The position numbers were made by a program, and so were the translations under genes. From Abditibacterium sp. (lineage in GTDB: Bacteria; Armatimonadota; Abditibacteriia; Abditibacteriales; Abditibacteriaceae), in assembly GCA_965199495.1 (NCBI GenBank), contig CBDASK010000003.1:1948443-2012442 (forward strand): a DNA stretch of 64,000 nt. Reading direction: 5' to 3'. Of this stretch, positions 37,406-47,481 are shown one piece after another. Below the pieces are notes generated by a model. It made no database searches. It saw only the letters and a program-made list of their open reading frames with translations, and was not told the origin of the DNA. Positions within the stretch are counted from its first letter, which is position 1. Each line of letters begins with the position of its first letter.

Positions 37406-38014
37406 ATGTTCATTACTTTCGAGGGCATTGACGGCTGCGGCAAAACCACACAATTGCTCCGCTTGAAGGCGCGATTGGAAGCGCGCGGCGTCGCCGTGGT
37501 TTCGACGCGCGAACCGGGCGGCACAGCGCTCGCCGAATCGTTGCGCGAAACGTTGTTGCACGGCGGCGATATTACGGCACGCGCCGAACTTTTATTGTTT
37601 GGCGCCGCGCGCGCCCAACACGCGAGCGAAATCATTCGGCCCGCATTGGAGCGCGGCGCGTGGGTTTTGTGCGACCGATTCATTGATTCGAGCGAGGCGT
37701 ATCAGGGCGGCGGATTGGGTTTGAATCGCGATTTCATCCGCGCCATGAACGCGTTCGCGACTGACGATTTAACGCCCGACCTCACATTTTTTGTGGATGT
37801 CGCGCCCGACGTTGGAGCGTCTCGACGAGCGGGCGAAAAAGCCGACCGCATCGAATCGCGCGGCGCGGAGTTTGGCGAACGCGTGCGCGCGATTTATCTC
37901 GAAATCGCCGCGCGCGAAAAGGCGCGCGTCGTCACGGTTGATGGCGCGTTGTCGCCCGACGAAGTTGAGGCGGCGATTTGGGGGAAACTTTCGCAATTGC
38001 TTCCAAAACCATGA
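37406..38014 (+). CDS. tmk: thymidylate kinase
   Basis: MFITFEGIDGCGKTTQ P-loop, DRF motif (CDRFIDSSEAYQGG) and a lid region. Confidence 0.9.
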   Translation: MFITFEGIDGCGKTTQLLRLKARLEARGVAVVSTREPGGTALAESLRETLLHGGDITARAELLLFGAARAQHASEIIRPALERGAWVLCDRFIDSSEAYQGGGLGLNRDFIRAMNAFATDDLTPDLTFFVDVAPDVGASRRAGEKADRIESRGAEFGERVRAIYLEIAAREKARVVTVDGALSPDEVEAAIWGKLSQLLPKP

Positions 38015-39099
38015 ACCCACTTATCGGACACCAGCCACGTTGGAACGCCATCGCGCGCGCGTTTAGCAAAGGCATCGTGCCGCAAACTTTGTTGGTGAGC
38101 GGGCCGCCGGGCGTTGGCAAAACGACGTTCGTGACGCGTTATGCGCAACTGCTGTTGTGCGCCGATTTGCAAACCGACGAAGCCGGTTTGCCCGCGCCCT
38201 GCGGCCTTTGCAGAGCGTGCCATCAAGTCGCAATCGGTACTTTTCCCGATTACCGATTTTTCCGTCCGTGGATCGGTTCGTCGGAGAAAACCGATGCGCC
38301 CGAAGCGCTCGATGCGAGCGTAATTACGGTGGATTTGGCGCGTGCATTTAATCACGAAGCCGAATTGAAACCGGTCGTTGGCGCGCGCAAAGTTTTGGTA
38401 ATGCACCAGTTTGAGCGCGCCAACGATAGCGCGCAAAACGCGATGCTCAAGACGCTCGAAGAACCACCGGCCTCGACTTCGCTGGTTTTGACCTGCGAAA
38501 ATCCGCGCCGCCTACGCGAAACCATTCTCTCGCGCTGCTGGCACTTGCAACTGGTTCCGGCGCCTTTAACGGAAATCGGCGCGTGGCTGCAAAGCCAGTT
38601 TCCCGATGCTTCGGCAAATCAAATTGACATCGCCCTCCGCGCGTGTCTGGGCCGACCGGGCGCGGCGTGGTGCGAATTGGAACGCTTGCAAAACGCGACC
38701 GACGAGAACGGTTCGCGCTTTCAAATCGCCTCGGAAATGCTCAATCGTTTGGACAACGCGTTGCCCGTGGCTGCTCTGGGGTTCACCGCCGAAGCGATCA
38801 AATGGGCCGAAGTCTGGTGGGACGAAGACGCGGGTGCAGAAGCCGACGCCAAAAAGCTGGCGAGCAAAGGCAAACGCACGGCGGCGGCGCGTTTTTTAGA
38901 CGAACTCATGGTCGCCGCGCGCGCGCGTTGGATGAACGATCCGAGTTCCTACACGCAGGGTGCGGCGCGCTTGGATCAAATGCGCCGCGCGCGCGAATAC
39001 ATTTTGCGCAATGCCAATGCGCAGTTGGCCCTCGATGTGATGTTTGGCCGTCTGATTGCCACAAAAGCGCGCGAATTGCCGCGCGGCGCCAGAAATTAA
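38011..39099 (+). CDS. holB: DNA polymerase III delta-prime subunit
   Basis: Overlaps the tmk stop (ATGA). LLVSGPPGVGKTTF Walker A, Zn-finger-like CGLCRACHQV, SRC motif (ILSRCW). Confidence 0.8.
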   Translation: MNPLIGHQPRWNAIARAFSKGIVPQTLLVSGPPGVGKTTFVTRYAQLLLCADLQTDEAGLPAPCGLCRACHQVAIGTFPDYRFFRPWIGSSEKTDAPEALDASVITVDLARAFNHEAELKPVVGARKVLVMHQFERANDSAQNAMLKTLEEPPASTSLVLTCENPRRLRETILSRCWHLQLVPAPLTEIGAWLQSQFPDASANQIDIALRACLGRPGAAWCELERLQNATDENGSRFQIASEMLNRLDNALPVAALGFTAEAIKWAEVWWDEDAGAEADAKKLASKGKRTAAARFLDELMVAARARWMNDPSSYTQGAARLDQMRRAREYILRNANAQLALDVMFGRLIATKARELPRGARN

Positions 39100-39322
39100 T
39101 CAACGCGCGTCAGCAAATGGATTGTTATGAGCGCCATTTTTTCGGCGTTAATTGCTGGATTGCGCACACAGAATCACGTTTTGGGAGCGCGGGCACCCAA
39201 GTTCAGTTAAAATATAGCGGAAGATTTGACGGCGCCGAAAGAGTACCTTCGCCCGTTCGTCAAAGGTCAGTCGAGCGTTTGTTGTTTGGAAACGCTCTGG
39301 AAAAAGTCGAAGGAGAAAAATT

Positions 39323-39658
39323 ATGTCTCAAGTCGCAGCCGTGGGCGCGGGCAACTTTGAAAACGAAGTTGTTCAGGCCAGCAAAGAAGAGCTTGTCATC
39401 GTGGATTTCTGGGCCGAATGGTGTTCGCCCTGCAAAATGCTGTCGCCGATTTTAGATCGCGTCGCCGATAAATACACGGGGCGCGTCAAAGTCGTCAAGT
39501 GCAATATTGACGAGAATCAGGACATCGCCGGGCAATACGCGATATTTTCGATTCCCAATCTGGTGTTCTTCCGCGACGGGCAAGTCGTGGATCAGTCGGT
39601 CGGATACGCGGGCGAAGCGCAACTCGCCGCCAAAGTCGAAGAAGTTTTGAACTCCTAA
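39323..39658 (+). CDS. trxA: thioredoxin (active site WCSPC)
   Basis: 111 aa. VIVDFWAEWCSPCKM...AIFSIPNLVFF thioredoxin fold signature. AAGGAG Shine-Dalgarno upstream. Confidence 0.85.
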   Translation: MSQVAAVGAGNFENEVVQASKEELVIVDFWAEWCSPCKMLSPILDRVADKYTGRVKVVKCNIDENQDIAGQYAIFSIPNLVFFRDGQVVDQSVGYAGEAQLAAKVEEVLNS

Positions 39659-40449
39659 TGGCCATTTTTCATGGCCGACAATTTCCTATGACCTTCGAGA
39701 AACCGCGCGTCGCCGCCATAATTCCGGCCTACAACGAAGCAGATCGCGTCGTCGCCGTTCTCGAATCTATCGCTGATGCCCACAACGTCAGCGAAGTTTT
39801 GTGCGTCACCGACGGTTGCTCCGACGACACCGCCGCGCAGGTCGAAGCGTTCATCGCTGGGCGCGACGCAGCAGCCACGCCGGTTCGCTTGTTGGAACTC
39901 GTCCAGAATATCGGCAAAGGCGGCGCGATGGCGCACGGCGCGCACCACACCGACGCCGAAGTTTTGCTGTTTCTCGACGCCGATTTAATCGGCCTGAAAT
40001 CCACGCAAGTGGACGAGATGCTCGAACCGATGCTGCACGAACATGAACCCGCCGACATGACGCTGGGCCTGTTTGGCGCCGTGCGCGGCGGGCCTTTGGG
40101 TTGGTGGCTGAGTTGGTGCCATCGCGCCACGCCCTCGATTACCGGCCAGCGCGCGATTCGTCGCGACCTGTTTTTGTCCACGCCCGGCCTGACGCGCTCG
40201 CGCTTTGGCGTCGAGGCCGCGATTACGCGCTGGGTGCAATCTGATCCAAGTTTAAAAGTGGATTTCGTCTATCTGCATTCGGTGACGCATCCGATTAAAG
40301 AAGAAAAATTGGGCGTAATTCGCGGCACGCGTAATCGCATGAGAATGTATCGCGACATCGGCCAAACGTTGGTTTCGGACGTGGCGCGCCAGCAAACCGC
40401 GATTCGCCGCGAAAAAGCGTTGCGCTGGTTCGAGCGTTTGACGAAATAG
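39658..40449 (+). CDS. family 2 glycosyltransferase
   Basis: RVAAIIPAYNEADRV...CVTDGCSDDT...LFLDADL (DxD) GT2 pattern. Start overlaps the trxA stop by 1 nt. Confidence 0.7.
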   Translation: MAIFHGRQFPMTFEKPRVAAIIPAYNEADRVVAVLESIADAHNVSEVLCVTDGCSDDTAAQVEAFIAGRDAAATPVRLLELVQNIGKGGAMAHGAHHTDAEVLLFLDADLIGLKSTQVDEMLEPMLHEHEPADMTLGLFGAVRGGPLGWWLSWCHRATPSITGQRAIRRDLFLSTPGLTRSRFGVEAAITRWVQSDPSLKVDFVYLHSVTHPIKEEKLGVIRGTRNRMRMYRDIGQTLVSDVARQQTAIRREKALRWFERLTK

Positions 40450-40456
40450 AATTCCG

Positions 40457-40675
40457 ATGTGGCTCGCTCTCACGCTCTTTTTCTTCGTCGCTTTTTTAGC
40501 GTCGCTTTTCGGCGTCGCGCGTCTGGGCTTCGACGCTCAGGGCCAATGGCAACGCGGCGGCAAATATCTCATCGGCGGCGCGGCGCTTTCGCTTTTTATC
40601 TGGCTTTTTGCCCTCTCGAAAGTGCCGCCGCCCTACCCGATGCAGGAACTCAAAAATTACGAGTTGCCGAAATAG
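40457..40675 (+). CDS. small 2-TM membrane protein, hypothetical
   Basis: 72 aa, hydrophobic. Followed by a terminator hairpin. Confidence 0.35.
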   Translation: MWLALTLFFFVAFLASLFGVARLGFDAQGQWQRGGKYLIGGAALSLFIWLFALSKVPPPYPMQELKNYELPK

Positions 40676-40713
40676 AAAAGAGCCAGCAAATTCGGTTTGC
40701 TGGCTCTTTTCTA
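40672..40713. terminator. bidirectional rho-independent terminator
   Basis: aaaagagccagcaaattcggtttgctggctcttttct between convergent genes. Confidence 0.7.
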
Positions 40714-43011
40714 TTTCGCCGCCAGATAGACAATCGTCAAATCGTCGCTTTGCGGGGCGTCGCCGACGTGTTCTTGCACGGCGGCTTCGAGATGTCTCAT
40801 CTCGCGGCTTTCCTGCTCAACTGGAGGATTGCAACTCGCCGAATCATCGCTGAAAATACCGCTATCGGCGACCTTGGATTTCCTGCGGCTGGGCTTTTTG
40901 GGCTGGACGTGGTTGCTTGCGCCGTTGCCATTGGTTGCGGCGCTCTTTGGCGAATTTTCGCCCAAGGTTTGCGGCGGCACGCCCAGAGATTCCAAAACTC
41001 TGTCCATGCCGAACTCTTCGCCCGACGAGTTCATCGCTTCCGTCAGGCCGTCGGTGAAGAGTAGCAGACGGTCGCCGGAGTGCATTTGGATGGTTTCGAT
41101 TTCCAGAAAATCGGAAAATTCCGGCGCGCCGATGATGCCCAACGGGAAACCTTCGGGCGAGAGCATCTCAACGGTGTGGTCGGAGTGCGCGAACAATAAC
41201 GTCTCGTGCCCGGCGCGCGCCCAAGTGAATTTTTTGGTCGAAACTTCCAAAATCCCATAAACGCAGGTCACGAACATATCGCGGCGCAGGTCTTCCGAAA
41301 TAAACGTGTTGACGCGGCTCAACACGTCGCGCACATCGTAATTATCGGGCGCCTGAATGCGAAACGCCGAGCGAATCATCGCCACGACCAAGGCCGCGTA
41401 AACGCCCTTACCCGAAACATCGGCCACGACGATGCCCAGATGATCGTCGTCCACCCAGAAGAAATCGTAATAATCGCCGCCGACTTCCATCGCCGATGTG
41501 CCGCGCGCCGCGATCTCGAAGCCCTCGATAATCGGGCAATGATCGGGCAGCAAACGCTGCTGAATATCGCGCGCAATTTGCAGGTCGCGGCGCAAACGTT
41601 CCTGCGCGGCGACTTCGACGGTGAGAAGCGCATTGTTGATGCTCAAGCTGGCTTGGTCGGCGAGGGTTTGCAGCAGCGATTTATCGTCTTCGCCAAAGCT
41701 GCCGCGCTGCTTGTTCAAAACCGCCATCACGCCGAGCATTTCGTCGCGCACGCGCAGGGGCACAACCAGAAGCGAGCGGTTGCGCATATATTCGGTCGTG
41801 GTGCCCAGCAAAATTTTCGCGGCGCGCGCATCAAAGATGAGTTGGGCGTGGCCGCTCTGGGCGACTTCACCGATGACGCCTTCGCCCAGCGCGAACCGTT
41901 GTTCGCGCATCTGTTCTTCCAGCGATTCGGTGCGCCGCTCGTTCAAGTTGCTGCTCACTTCGACATAAAGCGGCGGGAAAAAGTTGAGCACGACGCGCGG
42001 CTCTAATTCGGTTTTGTCGTTGTCGAACAAGAAAATCGCGCCCGCCGAAGCCTCGGTCGTTTCGAGCGCCGATTCCAGAATAATACCCAGAATCTGATTC
42101 ACTTCGACATCGGTGGTGAACGCCTCGCCCAACCGCTTGAGGAAGGTAAAAATTACCGTTCGCTCGCGGCCCAGACGGTGCCGCGACAGCTCCATCGCTT
42201 CGTAATCGTTGAGCGTGCCACGCGCAATCGAACCAACCAGCATCGTGGTCGCCACGAACAAACCGACCGGGTAAAACGACGGATTGTGCAGCAAGTCGCC
42301 CATCGTGAGTACGACCAGCCACGTCCCCAGTGCGATGAAAATCGTGGTGTTGGGGAAAATTAATAATCCGGCGATGGGAGTTTCTTGGTTGCGTCCACGC
42401 AAAGTGACGATGAGAAACGCGAGTAGCGCAACGCGAAACAGTAACGTCGCCCACAACATCACGACGTGCGCGTTAGGGCCCAGTAAATTGGTCGAGTAAA
42501 GCAGGGCCAACAGGCCCATGATGGACGCCACGACCGACAGAATTTGCAACGGCACGCTGGAACCTTTGGCGCCTTCGCCTTCGCCCATTTTCCATTCGTG
42601 CAACAGAGCGTAACCCAAAAACGCCAATCCGATGGTTTCCAAAACGCCCAGCCACGGCCAGATATGGGTCGCCAGAAGAATGCTGGAATCGAATCTGCCC
42701 GAATTCCACCAGCTCACCCATTTGTCCCACGCGCCGCCCTGAAAAACCGAAGCCGTGACGACGAGGCTGAGAAATTGGCGAATCAGCAGCACGCTGAAAG
42801 CCATTAAGAGGCGCGTATATTGGACGCGGCGACGGCGCGCGGCGGCGAAATAATCGTAGGAGGGTTTCTCTTCGGTGAAGTAGAGATAGAGATATTCGCG
42901 GCGCCGCGCGGCGTTCCAGTCGAAATAAACGAACAGCAACCCGCCCGCGCAAATCAGCAGGTTGAGAACGCTTAACGCAAAAACGACCGTTGGTGTCGCA
43001 ATCATAACCAC
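40711..43011 (-). CDS. membrane-anchored (about 8 TM) GAF-domain PP2C/SpoIIE-type protein serine/threonine phosphatase
   Basis: 766 aa. Hydrophobic N-terminal half, GAF-like middle (IFLFDNDKTELEPRVV...), C-terminal PP2C region DVSGKGVYAALVVAMIRSAF...LLLFTDGLTEA. Confidence 0.8.
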   Translation of the reverse strand: MVMIATPTVVFALSVLNLLICAGGLLFVYFDWNAARRREYLYLYFTEEKPSYDYFAAARRRRVQYTRLLMAFSVLLIRQFLSLVVTASVFQGGAWDKWVSWWNSGRFDSSILLATHIWPWLGVLETIGLAFLGYALLHEWKMGEGEGAKGSSVPLQILSVVASIMGLLALLYSTNLLGPNAHVVMLWATLLFRVALLAFLIVTLRGRNQETPIAGLLIFPNTTIFIALGTWLVVLTMGDLLHNPSFYPVGLFVATTMLVGSIARGTLNDYEAMELSRHRLGRERTVIFTFLKRLGEAFTTDVEVNQILGIILESALETTEASAGAIFLFDNDKTELEPRVVLNFFPPLYVEVSSNLNERRTESLEEQMREQRFALGEGVIGEVAQSGHAQLIFDARAAKILLGTTTEYMRNRSLLVVPLRVRDEMLGVMAVLNKQRGSFGEDDKSLLQTLADQASLSINNALLTVEVAAQERLRRDLQIARDIQQRLLPDHCPIIEGFEIAARGTSAMEVGGDYYDFFWVDDDHLGIVVADVSGKGVYAALVVAMIRSAFRIQAPDNYDVRDVLSRVNTFISEDLRRDMFVTCVYGILEVSTKKFTWARAGHETLLFAHSDHTVEMLSPEGFPLGIIGAPEFSDFLEIETIQMHSGDRLLLFTDGLTEAMNSSGEEFGMDRVLESLGVPPQTLGENSPKSAATNGNGASNHVQPKKPSRRKSKVADSGIFSDDSASCNPPVEQESREMRHLEAAVQEHVGDAPQSDDLTIVYLAAK

Positions 43012-43372
43012 ACGGATTCCTCATCGTTAGCGCCGCCTTATCAAAATCAAAAGCGGACGCAAAAATAAACGCGAGAAGAGAACCGTTATTCTCTAAAAAT
43101 TTCTCTGGCTCAATCGCTCGAATTTCGCTTACGCGCGCCAAACATCGAAGTTCATTAGTTCGCGCAAAACGCATTTCAAACGTGGTTTCTACCTCGCATT
43201 ATAACACTCCTTCGCCCCGACTAAAACCATAAAGCCCAAAATTTGACATTGACGCTGAGTGAATTCTGTAATTAAGCACCGAAATGGCCGCGAAAGTCGC
43301 GAAAGTGCGCCCATTTATCGCGACGTTTTGCTCCTTGATTATTTCGCCGCCACCGTATAAGTTCAATACTCC

Positions 43373-44491
43373 ATGAACCGCTACAAAATCTCCGGCGCGT
43401 TAATTATTAGCGCCGCGTTCATCCTGCCCAACATCAGCCACGCCCAACCGACGCCCGCAAAAACGCCAGCAAAAGAGGGCAAAGCATTCACAATGGATGA
43501 CGTTGAGAGCATTGAGACCGCTCAAATTCAGGTGCGCAACGTCGCTTCCAACCTCATGGCTTACTGGCTCGACCCGCTCCATCAGCCGATGCCAATATCC
43601 ATTCAGATGAGCGAGAGAAACGCGGGGATTCTCTACAGAACGGGAATTGCGGTGGCGGCCCAACCGGGCAACGGCAAAGGGCCGGGCGACTTGAGATTGC
43701 CAAACGGCGTTCAGGGTCTCGTTTCGGTTGACCCACAAAATGTGCTGCGCGTCAGAGGCACCAAAGCTGGCATCGAGACGTTGCAGAAGTTGGTTAAAGA
43801 CATGGACGTGCCATTGAATGAAGTGGGTATTGAAGCGCAAATTTGGGAAATGTCGCCCGATACATTCAAAAGTTTGCCACTGGTTTTTCGCTATACCACA
43901 CAGTATGAGAATGCCCGGCAAAGCACCCAGCCGGTCGGCGATAAACAAGAGAACACACCTTTAAACGTGGATTTCTTATGGCGCATCGCGCTCGCGGCGC
44001 CCACCTCTGACATCGCTTCCACGACCCAAATCTTGGAGGCGGGTCTGAAAGACAAAAGCGCCCGTCTGCTCACGGCGCCGCGCGTGACTGTGGTTGATGG
44101 ATTGGTGGCCACGGTGCAATTGAACGAATCGCGCGCACTTGTTTTCGATGCGGCGAAAAGTGCCGCGCCGCAGGCAAAGCCAAAAACGAAAGAGAGAGCG
44201 TCGCCCGCAGACGATGGGGTCAAAGATAAATTTCCAGAGGGACTGGCTTTTGTCAACGGTCAAACCGGCCTGACCGTGGGGCCGCTATTGCACGGCGGCG
44301 CCCTATCTCTGAACTTTAGCATTTCTCTCGACAGCAGCGTGACTCAGGCAGCGACAACGTTACGCGATGGCCAAACGTTAGCGGTTCGTTTGCCCAACGA
44401 CAATCCCACAACCGGCTGGCCGCGCGTGGCTCTGATTAAAGTGCATATCATCAACCACGCGGGTGATGCCGTCGCTGTGCCCGGCGCTTAA
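43373..44491 (+). CDS. short secretin-like outer-membrane protein (Secretin_N plus degenerate secretin domain), paralog 1
   Basis: Signal peptide. DVPLNEVGIEAQIWEMSP (secretin-domain start-like), LLTAPRVTVVDGLVATVQL (like LLSxPxxxxLDNxxA) and GLTVGPLLHGGALSLNFSISLDSSV (like GLxLxVTPxIxxxGxVxLxI). Lacks the terminal VPLLGDIP motif. Confidence 0.55.
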   Translation: MNRYKISGALIISAAFILPNISHAQPTPAKTPAKEGKAFTMDDVESIETAQIQVRNVASNLMAYWLDPLHQPMPISIQMSERNAGILYRTGIAVAAQPGNGKGPGDLRLPNGVQGLVSVDPQNVLRVRGTKAGIETLQKLVKDMDVPLNEVGIEAQIWEMSPDTFKSLPLVFRYTTQYENARQSTQPVGDKQENTPLNVDFLWRIALAAPTSDIASTTQILEAGLKDKSARLLTAPRVTVVDGLVATVQLNESRALVFDAAKSAAPQAKPKTKERASPADDGVKDKFPEGLAFVNGQTGLTVGPLLHGGALSLNFSISLDSSVTQAATTLRDGQTLAVRLPNDNPTTGWPRVALIKVHIINHAGDAVAVPGA

Positions 44492-44537
44492 ACTTACCGC
44501 CCAATTGGAGACAGCGAACTTCCCAAGAAATCTCACC

Positions 44538-45653
44538 ATGAACCACTCTCAACTTTTGCGCTCAATAACTCTTTGCGCCGCTCTTGTACTTACCGCCAAC
44601 AGCAGCCACGCCCAACCCGCATTGGATAAAACGCCGATTGCGGACAAGGCAAATGTCACTGATCTGGCGCCGGATAGCCATCTGGCTCAGATCAAAGTGC
44701 TTAACATACCTTCCGCATTGATGGCTTACTGGCTCGACCCGACGCGTCAGCCCAAGCCAATTCAAATCCAACTCAGCGAGGCAAACGGTGGCATTAGACC
44801 TTTTGAACGCGATCCACTACCGCGCCAACCCGGCAACGGCAACGGGCCGCGCGATTTGAAACTGCCGCCGGGCGTCGAAATCGTGGTGTCAGTTGATCCG
44901 CAGAACGTGTTACTGGTCAAAGGCAGCAAAGCGGGAGTTGAGGCGCTGCGAAAGTTGGTCAAAGAGATTGACGTGACCATCGATCAAATCGAAGTTGAGG
45001 CGCAGATTTGGGACATGTCGCCCGGCAAATTTGCAAGTTTGCCGATAGTTTTCCGCGATGTCGCCTTTGGCAGCGAAAAAATCCCGGTATTAGGCGATGT
45101 AAATGCAGCTAAAAATGCCAATATTACCAGCGGCGCAGGCGACTTTTTCGCGCGCGTCGCATTCGCTGCGCCCACATCTGATATGACGTCAGTAAGGCAA
45201 AAGTTGAACGAAGGTCTCGCCGATGGCAGCGCTCGCCTCATCACGGCGCCGCGAGTGACCGCTATAGATGGCTTGGTGGCTAGCTTGGCTTCAACCGAAA
45301 GCCGCGTTCTCAATTTCGATAAGCCGCCAACACCAAAAGCCGAAGATGAGACAACCAATAATGACGACGGCAATGCTCCAAATCCCACTAGAGAAGTCAT
45401 AGATAGCTGGAAAGCGGGCCTTACTTTGGTCGAAAGTCAAACCGGCTTCGCAGTAGCGCCCGTGCTACACGGCGACGTAATGAATTTGGGATTCCGAATC
45501 ACCTTCGACAATACGGTAACGCCGGGCAGCACAGTTATGCGCGACGGCCAAACTTTGGCGGTTCGTTTACCGAACGATAATCCCGCGACAGGCTGGCCAC
45601 GCGTGGCCCTGCTCAAAGTGCACGTTATCCGCCGCGCGGGCGAGGCCAACTAA
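44538..45653 (+). CDS. short secretin-like outer-membrane protein, paralog 2
   Basis: Signal peptide MNHSQLLRSITLCAALVLTANSSHA. Shared blocks with the upstream paralog: ALMAYWLDP, VSVDPQNVL, TLAVRLPNDNPxTGWPRVALxKVH. Confidence 0.55.
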   Translation: MNHSQLLRSITLCAALVLTANSSHAQPALDKTPIADKANVTDLAPDSHLAQIKVLNIPSALMAYWLDPTRQPKPIQIQLSEANGGIRPFERDPLPRQPGNGNGPRDLKLPPGVEIVVSVDPQNVLLVKGSKAGVEALRKLVKEIDVTIDQIEVEAQIWDMSPGKFASLPIVFRDVAFGSEKIPVLGDVNAAKNANITSGAGDFFARVAFAAPTSDMTSVRQKLNEGLADGSARLITAPRVTAIDGLVASLASTESRVLNFDKPPTPKAEDETTNNDDGNAPNPTREVIDSWKAGLTLVESQTGFAVAPVLHGDVMNLGFRITFDNTVTPGSTVMRDGQTLAVRLPNDNPATGWPRVALLKVHVIRRAGEAN

Positions 45654-45662
45654 AATCATTCG

Positions 45663-47462
45663 ATGAACGTTCAACAACCGCATAACCGTCTGCGCACGCC
45701 GCTCCCGAAAATTGGAATCCGCCCGACAATTGACGGCAGATTGGGCGGTGTGCGCGAGTCGCTCGAAGAGCGCACCATGAATATGGCGCGCGCGACCGCC
45801 GAATTGATTCAAAATAACATCCGCCACGCTTGCGGTTTGCGGGTCGAAGTCGTCATCGCCGACACGACAATCGGCGGCGTTTCCGAGGCCGCGCAGTGCG
45901 CCGCCCTCTTCGAGCGCGAAGGCGTCGGCGTTTCGCTTACCGTCACGCCGTGTTGGTGTTACGGCAGCGAAACGATGGACATGAATCCCATCACGCCCAA
46001 AGCGGTGTGGGGTTTTAATGGGACGGAGCGGCCCGGCGCGGTTTATCTGGCGGCGGCGCTGGCGGGCCATGCGCAAAAAGGTTTGCCCGCGTTCGGCATT
46101 TATGGCCGCGACGTGCAAGACAGCGACGATACTTCGATTCCCGACGACGTGGCTGCTAAAATTCTGACGTTTGCGTGCGCCGGTCTGGCCGCCGCGACGA
46201 TGCGCGGCACGAGTTATCTTTCGATGGGCGGCACGAGCATGGGCATCGCCGGTTCGCAAATTTCGCCCGAATTTTTCGAGTCGTATCTGGGAATGCGCTC
46301 CGAAGCGATTGATTTAACCGAGTTTATTCGTCGCATCGAATTGGAAATTTACGATACCGAAGAATTTGAGCGCGCGCTGGAATGGGTGAAGCGTAATTGT
46401 TCGGAAGGCGCAGATTTGAATCCCGAAGCGGCGCAACGCACGCGCGCGCAGAAAGATGAAGATTGGGCGACGAGCGTCAAAATGGCTTTGATCGCGCGCG
46501 ATTTGATGATTGGCAATCCCAAACTTAAAGACACGGGCTGGGGCGAAGAATCCGAGGGTCACAACGCTTTGGCGGCGGGTTTTCAGGGCCAGCGCCAGTG
46601 GACGGACGCGCGGCCCAACGGCGATTTTCCCGAAGCGATTTTGACTTCGAGTTTCGATTGGAACGGCATTCGCCAGAGCTTTGTTTTGGCGACCGAAAAC
46701 GACGCTTTAAACGGCGTCGGAATGTTGATGGGTCATTTGCTCTCGCAGGGACAAGCGACTTTATTCGCCGATTTGCGCACCTATTGGAGCGCCAAAGCCG
46801 TCGAGCGCGTGACCGGACATAAGCTGCAAGGCCACGCGGCGGGCGGCCTATTGCATTTGATCAATAGCGGCCCCGCCGCCTTGGATTGGACGGGCGAAAT
46901 GGAACAAGACGGTGCCCCAGCATTGAAGCCTTGGTATGAGATTTCGTCCGCAGAAGCGCAGAAATGTCTGGACGCGACGAAATGGTGCGCTTCGGATTTG
47001 GGTTATTTCCCGGCGGGCGGCTGGTCAACCGATTTTCTAACGCGCGGCGAAATGCCCGCCACGATGGTTCGGTTGAATTTGGTCAAAGGTCTTGGCCCGG
47101 TTTTGCAAATCGCGCAAGGCTATGCGGTTTCGTTGCCCAACGAAGTCCACGACGCGCTCGACGCGCGCACCAATCCGACGTGGCCGACGACGTGGTTCGC
47201 GCCAATTCTCACCGGCGAGGGCAACTTCCGCGACGCGTATTCGGTAATGAACGCGTGGGGCGCCAATCACTGCGTCGCGGTCTACGGCCACGTCGGGGCG
47301 GATTTAATCGCACTCGCCGCAATTTTGCGGGTTCCCGTCGAAATGCACAACGTTCCGGCAGAAGATATATTTCGTCCGGCGGCATGGAATCGTTTCGGCG
47401 GCATGGCTGATGTCGGCGCCGACTATCGCGCGTGCGCAGCGTATGGGCCGTTGTATGGTTGA
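45663..47462 (+). CDS. fucI: L-fucose isomerase
   Basis: 599 aa. N-terminus [29 protein letters not shown] and overall length match FucI. Confidence 0.8.
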   Translation: MNVQQPHNRLRTPLPKIGIRPTIDGRLGGVRESLEERTMNMARATAELIQNNIRHACGLRVEVVIADTTIGGVSEAAQCAALFEREGVGVSLTVTPCWCYGSETMDMNPITPKAVWGFNGTERPGAVYLAAALAGHAQKGLPAFGIYGRDVQDSDDTSIPDDVAAKILTFACAGLAAATMRGTSYLSMGGTSMGIAGSQISPEFFESYLGMRSEAIDLTEFIRRIELEIYDTEEFERALEWVKRNCSEGADLNPEAAQRTRAQKDEDWATSVKMALIARDLMIGNPKLKDTGWGEESEGHNALAAGFQGQRQWTDARPNGDFPEAILTSSFDWNGIRQSFVLATENDALNGVGMLMGHLLSQGQATLFADLRTYWSAKAVERVTGHKLQGHAAGGLLHLINSGPAALDWTGEMEQDGAPALKPWYEISSAEAQKCLDATKWCASDLGYFPAGGWSTDFLTRGEMPATMVRLNLVKGLGPVLQIAQGYAVSLPNEVHDALDARTNPTWPTTWFAPILTGEGNFRDAYSVMNAWGANHCVAVYGHVGADLIALAAILRVPVEMHNVPAEDIFRPAAWNRFGGMADVGADYRACAAYGPLYG

Positions 47463-47481
47463 GTTGCTGCAAGCCGATGCG

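Noticed and set aside
43230-43270. TTGACA...TAATTA sigma70-like promoter upstream of the first secretin-like gene.
   Set aside because: Spacing and the -10 element are ambiguous. Promoter consensus for this lineage is unknown. Too weak to call.
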